The notes beneath the pieces were generated by a model that ran no database searches, had not been told where the DNA came from, and saw only the letters and a program-made list of their open reading frames with translations. 64,000 nt of DNA from Alphaproteobacteria bacterium (GTDB lineage Bacteria; Pseudomonadota; Alphaproteobacteria; UBA828): NCBI GenBank assembly GCA_965214705.1, contig CBDCCI010000001.1, positions 128,001 to 192,000 on the forward strand, in the 5' to 3' direction. Both the position numbers and the translations under genes were made by a program. How positions within the stretch are numbered: position 1 is the stretch's first letter; every line of letters begins with the position of its first letter. Shown in pieces: positions 57,758 through 64,000 of this stretch.

Positions 57758-58550
57758 CGCACACGGGACCGCGAACCACGAATACCACATGGTGAAGCCG
57801 AGCCCGTGGCCGGTCATCGGCGCCCTGGGCGGCGGCGGGCTGGGGCTCGGCGGCGTGGTCATCTTCATGCACACCGGCCAGCTCTGGCTGATGACCATCG
57901 GCGGGATCGTGGTGCTGTTCACCATGTACTTCTGGTGGCGCGACGTGATCCGCGAGGCGCTGGTCGAGAACGAGCACACGCAGGTGGTCCAGCGGGGCCT
58001 GCGCTTCGGCATGGTGCTCTTCATCGCGTCCGAGGTGATGTTCTTCGCGGCGTTCTTCTGGGCGTTCTTCAACGCCTCGATCATGCCGCCCGACGTCATC
58101 GCCAACACGTGGCCGCCGCCAGGAGTCGAGGTCATTCCAGCGTGGCGGCTGCCCTTCGTGAACACGCTGCTGCTGCTGACCTCCGGCGCCACCGTGACCT
58201 GGGCGCATCACGCGCTCCGCCACGGCAACCAGCAGCAGCTGGTCTACGGGCTCGCGCTCACCGTGGCGCTTGGCGTCGCCTTCATCGGCGTCCAGGGATA
58301 CGAATACGCCCACGCGGCCTTCGGCTTCCGCGATGGCATCTATCCCTCCACCTTCTTCATGGCGACGGGCTTCCACGGCTTCCACGTCACCGTCGGCGCC
58401 ATCTTCCTTGCGGTCTGCCTCTATCGGGCGCTGAAAAAGCAGTTCAAGCCGGACCAGCACATCGGCCTCGAGGCCGCGGCGTGGTACTGGCACTTCGTCG
58501 ACGTGGTGTGGCTGTTCCTGTTCATCTGGGTCTACTGGTGGGGCGGTTGA
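57747..58550 (+). CDS. coxC: Cytochrome c oxidase subunit III
   Basis: PSPWP, SEVMFF, ATGFHGFHV, WYWHFVDVVW. Confidence 0.97.
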   Translation: MADSAHGTANHEYHMVKPSPWPVIGALGGGGLGLGGVVIFMHTGQLWLMTIGGIVVLFTMYFWWRDVIREALVENEHTQVVQRGLRFGMVLFIASEVMFFAAFFWAFFNASIMPPDVIANTWPPPGVEVIPAWRLPFVNTLLLLTSGATVTWAHHALRHGNQQQLVYGLALTVALGVAFIGVQGYEYAHAAFGFRDGIYPSTFFMATGFHGFHVTVGAIFLAVCLYRALKKQFKPDQHIGLEAAAWYWHFVDVVWLFLFIWVYWWGG

Positions 58551-58560
58551 TCGAGACGAC

Positions 58561-58938
58561 ATGGCGGATGGGGACGGGACCTACTATCCGCCGGTCTCGG
58601 TCCTGAAGGCCGGCCTGCTCTTCCGCTGCCCGCGCTGCGGACGCGGCAAGCTGTTCAGAGGCTACCTGCGGGTCGCCGAGCGCTGCGGCGCGTGCCAGTT
58701 CGAGCTCTCGCAGCATGACAGCGCCGACGGGCCGGCCGTCTTCGTCATGTTTATCGTGGGCGGCATCGTCGTCGCGCTCGCGTTCTGGCTGGAGTTCACC
58801 CACGCGCCGCCCTACTGGCTCCATGCGGTGCTCTGGCTGCCGGCGATCATCATCTTGAGCCTCGCCCTGCTGCGGCCGGCCAAGGCGCTCCTGATCGCGC
58901 TCCAGTACAGACACAAAGCAGCCGGCTTTGGCGAGTGA
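58561..58938 (+). CDS. DUF983 domain protein
   Basis: RCPRCGRGKLF...CGAC...DGPA...ALQY. Confidence 0.9.
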   Translation: MADGDGTYYPPVSVLKAGLLFRCPRCGRGKLFRGYLRVAERCGACQFELSQHDSADGPAVFVMFIVGGIVVALAFWLEFTHAPPYWLHAVLWLPAIIILSLALLRPAKALLIALQYRHKAAGFGE

Positions 58939-59680
58939 TGACCGGGCCCGGCATCGGGCACCATCTGACCGCGCCCGCAGACGGGCCACCTGGTTCGCAA
59001 TTCCGGGCATCCTGATCCTGCTGGCGCTCGGTTCCTGGCAGGTGCATCGCCTGATGTGGAAGACCGATCTCAACGAGGAGCGCCGCGCCCAATTCCAGGC
59101 CGAGGCGGTGATGCTGCCCGCCGAACTCGACGATGCGGCGTCCTACGCCTATCGCCGGGTCTGGCTGGAGGGACACTTTCGCCACGAGGCGGAGATGTTC
59201 CTCGCCGCGCGCACCTTCGACCGCCGGGTGGGCTACCAGATCATCACCCCGTTCGAGCGCGCGGACGGTCCGGCGGTGCTGGTCAACCGCGGCTGGGTGC
59301 CGCTCGACAACAAGGAGCCCGAGACCCGGCTCGAGGGCCAAATCGAGGGCACGTATCGCCTCGAAGGCGTCGTCGTGCCGGGCGGGCGGGCCGGTTGGTT
59401 CACGCCCGACAACGAGCCCGAGAACAACATCTGGTTCTGGACCGATACGGAGGCGCTCGCGGCCGAGGCGGGCATACCCGCGCCATCCTATCTGGTGGAC
59501 GCAGGTCCCGCCCCCAATCCGGGCGGCCTGCCCATCGGCGGGCAGACCAAGGTCGAGCTGCGCAGTGAGCACATGCAGTACATCGTGATCTGGTACGCGC
59601 TCGCGATCGGCCTCGCCGTGATCTACGCGATCTACATGCGGCGCGGCCCCCGTGAGTACGAGGACGAGGACGCGGCTTGA
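58928..59680 (+). CDS. surf1: SURF1 family protein
   Basis: LGSWQVHRL.WK, VLVNRGWVP, HMQY..IWY. Confidence 0.92.
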   Translation: MASDDRARHRAPSDRARRRATWFAIPGILILLALGSWQVHRLMWKTDLNEERRAQFQAEAVMLPAELDDAASYAYRRVWLEGHFRHEAEMFLAARTFDRRVGYQIITPFERADGPAVLVNRGWVPLDNKEPETRLEGQIEGTYRLEGVVVPGGRAGWFTPDNEPENNIWFWTDTEALAAEAGIPAPSYLVDAGPAPNPGGLPIGGQTKVELRSEHMQYIVIWYALAIGLAVIYAIYMRRGPREYEDEDAA

Positions 59681-61161
59681 GCGCCTACGCCGCGCTGGAG
59701 GCCCGCTTCCGCCGCCTCGGCCTGCTCGGCGGTGCGGCCGGGATACTGCACTGGGACTGGGCGACGATGATGCCGCCGGGCGGCGCGGAGCCGCGTGCGG
59801 CACAGCTCGCCGAGCTTGCGCTGATCCGCCACGAGCTGCTGACAGAGTCTCACGTTTGCGACCTGCTGGACGAGGCCGAGGCAGAGACGGACGCTCTGGA
59901 CGATTGGCAGCGGGCCAATCTCGCCCGCATGCGCCGGCGCTGGCGCCAGGCGGCGGCGCTGCCGGCCGATCTGGTGCAAGCGTTGAGCGAGGCGTGCTCA
60001 CACTGCGAGATGGTATGGCGTGAGGCCCGGCCGGCGAGCGACTTTCCGGCTTTTGCGGCGGCCTTCGCGCCGCTACTCGGCCTCGTTCGCGAGAAGGCGG
60101 CGGCGCTGGGCGAGACGCTCGGCTGCGCGCCCTACGACGGGCTGGTTGATTCCTACGAGCCGGGGCTGCGCTGCGCCACCATCGACCCGCTTTTCGACGA
60201 CCTCGCGGGCTTCCTCCCCGACTTCCTTGGTCAGGTGCGCGAGGCGCAGGCAGAAGCAGACGCCCCGCCGTCAGTGAGCGGCTCCTTGGACACGCAGGAG
60301 GCCCTTGCCAGGCGCTTGATGTCGGCACTCGGTTTCGACTTCGACCACGGCCGCCTCGACGTCAGCCTTCACCCCTTCTGCGGTGGCAGTGCCGGCGACA
60401 TCCGCGTCACGACGCGCTACGACGAGGCGGACGTCCTTTCCGGCCTCATGGGGGTGCTGCACGAGACCGGCCACGCGCTCTACGAGGCAGGCCTGCCGGA
60501 GGAATGGCGATACCAGCCGGTGGGCCAGGCCGGCGGCATGGCGCTGCACGAGAGCCAATCGCTGCTGGTCGAGATGCAGGCCTGCCGCAGCCGACCTTTC
60601 ATGCGCTTTCTCGCGCCGCTGCTGGTAGAGCATCTCGACGGCGGCGCTGCGGGTGCGGGTGCGGAGGCGCTCTATCGGCAGGCGATCCGCGTGGAGCCTG
60701 GCTACATCAGGGTGGACTCCGACGAAGTGACGTACCCCGCCCATATCATGCTGCGCTACCGGTTGGAGCGTGCCCTGATCGCGGACGATCTGGCCTGCGA
60801 CGAGATCCCCGGCGCCTGGGCGGAGATTCACGAAGCCCTGCTCGGGCTTAGGCCGAGGAACGATGCCGAGGGATGCCTGCAGGACATCCACTGGTCCGTG
60901 GGCGAGCTCGGCTACTTCCCGAGCTACACCATCGGAGCCCTGATGGCGGCGCAGTTCTTCGACGCCGCGGCCCGGGCCGAGCCGGAGCTGTGGCCCGCCA
61001 TCGAGCGCGGCGATTTCTCGCCCCTGTTCGGGTGGCTCAGGGCCAACGTTCACGGCCTCGCCTCCCGCTACGAGGGTCCGGTGCTGCTCGAACGCGCCAC
61101 CGGCGCGCCGCTCGACACCAGGGTCTTCAAGGCCCACCTGAAGCGGCGCTACCTCAACTGA
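59677..61161 (+). CDS. Carboxypeptidase M32
   Basis: HPF, TTRY, HETGHALYE, HESQS, GCLQDIHW, GYFPSY. Confidence 0.94.
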   Translation: MSAYAALEARFRRLGLLGGAAGILHWDWATMMPPGGAEPRAAQLAELALIRHELLTESHVCDLLDEAEAETDALDDWQRANLARMRRRWRQAAALPADLVQALSEACSHCEMVWREARPASDFPAFAAAFAPLLGLVREKAAALGETLGCAPYDGLVDSYEPGLRCATIDPLFDDLAGFLPDFLGQVREAQAEADAPPSVSGSLDTQEALARRLMSALGFDFDHGRLDVSLHPFCGGSAGDIRVTTRYDEADVLSGLMGVLHETGHALYEAGLPEEWRYQPVGQAGGMALHESQSLLVEMQACRSRPFMRFLAPLLVEHLDGGAAGAGAEALYRQAIRVEPGYIRVDSDEVTYPAHIMLRYRLERALIADDLACDEIPGAWAEIHEALLGLRPRNDAEGCLQDIHWSVGELGYFPSYTIGALMAAQFFDAAARAEPELWPAIERGDFSPLFGWLRANVHGLASRYEGPVLLERATGAPLDTRVFKAHLKRRYLN

Positions 61162-61193
61162 ACCCCATGGACACCGGTTCTGCGCGCAAAGCG

Positions 61194-61222
61194 TTGACGC
61201 TCGTAGGCGAGCGCTCTAGTGT
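61194..61222 (+). promoter_or_regulatory. Putative sigma70 promoter of the zap-6S unit
   Basis: TTGACG-N17-TAGTGT. Confidence 0.5.
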
Positions 61223-61283
61223 TTTGGCGGCGGGCGGGGGATCGTTTTTTATAGCCCGCAACAAGAACAACAGCGCATTTTTC

Positions 61284-61595
61284 ATGTCGGAGCTGAAGAA
61301 GGCGAGCGACCGGCTCGAGCAGGCCGTGGCGCGGCTGGACCAGGCGCTCGCAAATGGCGATTTAGCGACGCAGAGCGCGCACGCGCCGACGTTGGCAATC
61401 GAAATGGCCTCCGTCGAGCGCGAGCGGGATTCTCTACGCGCCGATCTCGAGTCCCTCCGGATAGAGCGGGCGCGGCTAACGCGGGCGCTCACGGAGGCCA
61501 CGGAACGCCAGGCGGCCACGCGGCAGACCAACGAAGCGGTGGCCGAGCGGCTCGACGACGCGATCGGCTCGCTCCGCGGGATCCTGGGAGTTTAG
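61284..61595 (+). CDS. Coiled-coil protein upstream of zapA (ZapB/ZauP/DUF4164-like)
   Basis: Heptad-rich, ends VAERLDDAIGSLRGILG; typical position. Confidence 0.7.
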   Translation: MSELKKASDRLEQAVARLDQALANGDLATQSAHAPTLAIEMASVERERDSLRADLESLRIERARLTRALTEATERQAATRQTNEAVAERLDDAIGSLRGILGV

Positions 61596-61603
61596 GCCGG
61601 GCG

Positions 61604-61957
61604 ATGGGCGAAGTTGCGGTCACCATCGGCGGGCGGCGCTACCCGGTCTCCTGCGACGACGGCCAGGAAGAACATGTCTCCAAGCTCGCGGCCTACGTCG
61701 ACAAGCGGGCGCAGGAGCTGGAGGAGACGGTGGGCCGGGTCGGCGAGGTTCGACTCCTGCTCATGGCCAGCCTGGTCGTCGCCGACGAATTGGCCGACGC
61801 CTACGACGAACTTGACCGGCTGCAATCGCAAGCGCGGATCGCCGAGCGCAGGGCCCGCGTGGATGCCGAGGCGGCGCTCGAGGCCAAGTTCGCGCCGCTT
61901 GTGGACGCGCTCGCCGAGCGGATCGAGAATATTGCCGGCCGTCTGGAGAAGGATTAG
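61604..61957 (+). CDS. zapA: Cell division protein ZapA
   Basis: VTIGGRRY..CDDGQEEH...LLLMASL.VADE. Confidence 0.92.
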   Translation: MGEVAVTIGGRRYPVSCDDGQEEHVSKLAAYVDKRAQELEETVGRVGEVRLLLMASLVVADELADAYDELDRLQSQARIAERRARVDAEAALEAKFAPLVDALAERIENIAGRLEKD

Positions 61958-61967
61958 ATTTCCTTTC

Positions 61968-62129
61968 GGACGGTTACTGCCGGATTAGTCGCACCGACTG
62001 TTTCCCGCGGTCAATTTTCGCTTCTCGGGAGCTGTCCCTGCTGGGGCCGCGGTCTCGGCAACACGGCGCCCACCTGGTCTCTTCGGCCTGGAGGAAGCTC
62101 TGGGTGCGACGGTTCAGGCGGGGCCGTCC
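61968..62129 (+). ncRNA. ssrS: 6S RNA
   Basis: Between zapA and 5-FCL; long hairpin closed by GGACGG/CCGTCC and GTCGCACC/GGTGCGAC; GGGAGCTGTCCC and GGCGCCCACCT segments. Confidence 0.85.
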
Positions 62130-62153
62130 TTTTCCTTGTCGCGGGGGCCGGCT

Positions 62154-62753
62154 GTGTCTCAGAGCGCTGCTATCCATGACCGCAAGCAAGCGCTGCGCGA
62201 GTATGCGCTGGCGCGGCGGCGGTCCGCGCGGCGGGCGGCGGGGCCGGGCGCGGGCGTGCGGGCCGCTAACCATTACCTCGCCGCAGTTCCCACGCCTGCT
62301 GGCGCGGTGGTCTCCGGCTACTGGGCGATCCGGGACGAGATCGACGCCATGCCCCTGCTGGCGCGGCTCGTGGGCGCGGGCTTCGTCTGCTGCCTGCCCG
62401 CTGTGGTCGGCAAGGGCGAGGCGCTGCAGTTTCGCGTCTGGACGCCGGGCGCCGCGCTCTCGCGGGGGCCATTCCGCATTCCCGAACCGACGGAAGACGC
62501 CGCGCCTGCCCAGCCGACTCACTTGCTGGTGCCACTGCTCGCCTACGACCGGGACGGATACCGCCTGGGCTACGGCGGCGGCTACTACGACCGCTCGCTG
62601 CGCGCGCTACGCCAGACCCGCCCCATCATCGCCGTCGGCCTCGCCTATACCGAACAGCTCGTGCAGGGCCTGCCCCGCACCGAGCATGATGAGCCGCTGG
62701 ACTGGATTGTGACCGAGCGGGGCGCCATGCCGATCGCCCCGCGCGCGGCCTGA
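62154..62753 (+). CDS. 5-formyltetrahydrofolate cyclo-ligase
   Basis: IPEP, LVPLLAYD..GYRLGYGGGYYDR, HD..LD.IVTE. Confidence 0.93.
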   Translation: MSQSAAIHDRKQALREYALARRRSARRAAGPGAGVRAANHYLAAVPTPAGAVVSGYWAIRDEIDAMPLLARLVGAGFVCCLPAVVGKGEALQFRVWTPGAALSRGPFRIPEPTEDAAPAQPTHLLVPLLAYDRDGYRLGYGGGYYDRSLRALRQTRPIIAVGLAYTEQLVQGLPRTEHDEPLDWIVTERGAMPIAPRAA

Positions 62754-62778
62754 TCGCGGGCGCGAGGGGATCGGGACG

Positions 62779-63591
62779 ATGCGTATCCTGTTCTGTGGCG
62801 ATGTCGTGGGCCGCCCCGGCCGCGACATCCTGACGGAACACCTGCCGGGCCTGCGTGAGGAGCTCGCCCTCGACCTGGTGATCGTGAACGGCGAGAACGC
62901 CGCCGGCGGCTTCGGCATCACTGCCGATATCTGCAAGTCACTCTATCAGGTGGGCGCCGACGTGATCACCTTGGGCAACCACGCCTGGGACCAGCGCGGG
63001 ACCGAGAGCTACATCGAGACCGACCGGCGCCTAGTCCGCGCCCGCAACTACCCGAAGGGCACGCCGGGGAGCGCCGGCGCGCTGCTGCACACGCGCGACG
63101 GCCGCTCGGTGTTCGTCTTCCAGGTGCTCACCCAGCTCTTCATGGACCCAATCGGCGAGCCTTTCGCCTGCGTCGAGGAGACGCTGCAGGAGCACCGCCT
63201 CGGGCAGTCGGTAGACGCGATCGTGCTCGACATCCACGGCGAGGCGACGGCCGAAAAGCAGGCGCTCGGGTACCTCGCCGACGGCCGGCTGTCGCTGGCA
63301 GTGGGCACCCACACTCACGTGCCGACCGCAGATCACCGCATCCTGCCCAAGGGGACGGCCTACATCTCGGACGTCGGCATGTGCGGCAGCTACGAATCCA
63401 TCATTGGGCTCGCCGTCGATGCCCCCCTCGCCCGCTTCACGCGAAAACGCCCCGGCCCCCGCGCAACGCCCGCCGATGGCGAGGCCACCCTCTGCGCCGT
63501 CCTGGTCGAGACCGACGACGACACCGGCCTCGCCCGCCATGTCGGCGTGCTGCGCCGCGGCGGCGTGCTTCACCCCTCCTCGCCTGTGTGA
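62779..63591 (+). CDS. YmdB/TIGR00282 metallophosphoesterase
   Basis: GDVVGRPG, NGENAAGGFG, TLGNH, HGEATAEK, GTHTHVPTAD. Confidence 0.94.
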   Translation: MRILFCGDVVGRPGRDILTEHLPGLREELALDLVIVNGENAAGGFGITADICKSLYQVGADVITLGNHAWDQRGTESYIETDRRLVRARNYPKGTPGSAGALLHTRDGRSVFVFQVLTQLFMDPIGEPFACVEETLQEHRLGQSVDAIVLDIHGEATAEKQALGYLADGRLSLAVGTHTHVPTADHRILPKGTAYISDVGMCGSYESIIGLAVDAPLARFTRKRPGPRATPADGEATLCAVLVETDDDTGLARHVGVLRRGGVLHPSSPV

Positions 63592-63604
63592 GAAGAGGCG
63601 GGCG

Positions 63605-64000
63605 CTAGCCGGCGCTCGCCCTCTGCATGGGCGCAGGCTGGGCCGCGAAGTGAGGCACCACGTCGCGGGCGAAGCGCTCCCACATCTCGTGGCGGTAGGC
63701 GCGCGGCATGCCGTAGGTCACGTTCTGCAGGATGAAGTGGTCGAACCCCAGGTCGACATAGGCCTGCAGTCGTTCGCACACGGTCTCGGCCCGGCCAACG
63801 AGCTGAAGGTCGAGCCACGGCCCCAGATTGTCGGGATTGGTCAGCTTCTTGGAGGTGGCCATGAACTTGCTGAAGGCCTTGAATTCCTCTAGCTCCTTCC
63901 AGGGGTCGGCGTCGGCCTCGTAATGCTCGACCACCTTCACGAAATAGCGCGAGAGATGCTCCTTGGCGAGCGCGTCCGCCTCTTCGTCGGTGTCCGCCAG
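63605..64000 (-). CDS. LLM class flavin-dependent oxidoreductase, C-terminal part
   Basis: LVGRAETVCERL...LGFDHFIL...WERFARDVVPHF; frame open to the window edge. Confidence 0.75.
   Translation of the reverse strand: MADTDEEADALAKEHLSRYFVKVVEHYEADADPWKELEEFKAFSKFMATSKKLTNPDNLGPWLDLQLVGRAETVCERLQAYVDLGFDHFILQNVTYGMPRAYRHEMWERFARDVVPHFAAQPAPMQRASAG

Noticed and set aside
1-64000. CRISPR array or cas genes
   Set aside because: No regularly spaced 25-45 bp repeats with unique spacers and no Cas motifs were seen by eye.

Overview
GC-rich alphaproteobacterial chromosome segment (Rhodospirillales-like by gene content). Core blocks: thrC-M16 peptidase-tusA-rimJ, algH, xseA, tldD, the aa3 oxidase cluster coxBA-ctaB-coxF-ctaG-coxC-DUF983-surf1-M32, and zapB-like-zapA-6S RNA-5-FCL-ymdB. 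Catabolic/transport cargo: a divergent acetone-carboxylase-type acxABC facing a biotin carboxylase/PxpB pair, Dpp/Opp and Liv ABC systems, molybdo- and flavo-oxidoreductases. Mobile parts: a complete IS1380 inserted at a CTAG stop codon, a tyrosine-recombinase plus IS91-type HUH transposase element, a DUF1902-HicA pair and a Fic gene. Two unexplained features stand out. (1) A ~1.1 kb islet (9450-10550) encodes a winged-helix protein followed 7 nt later by a tRNA-like RNA with canonical arms and CCA but a 36-nt structured anticodon loop. (2) A dispersed multi-hairpin repeat with compensatory base changes occurs three times; one copy leads directly into an orphan Mu gp27-like (DUF3486) gene and another looks like the same cassette without the gene. 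All family calls are by motif recognition; no database searches were run.
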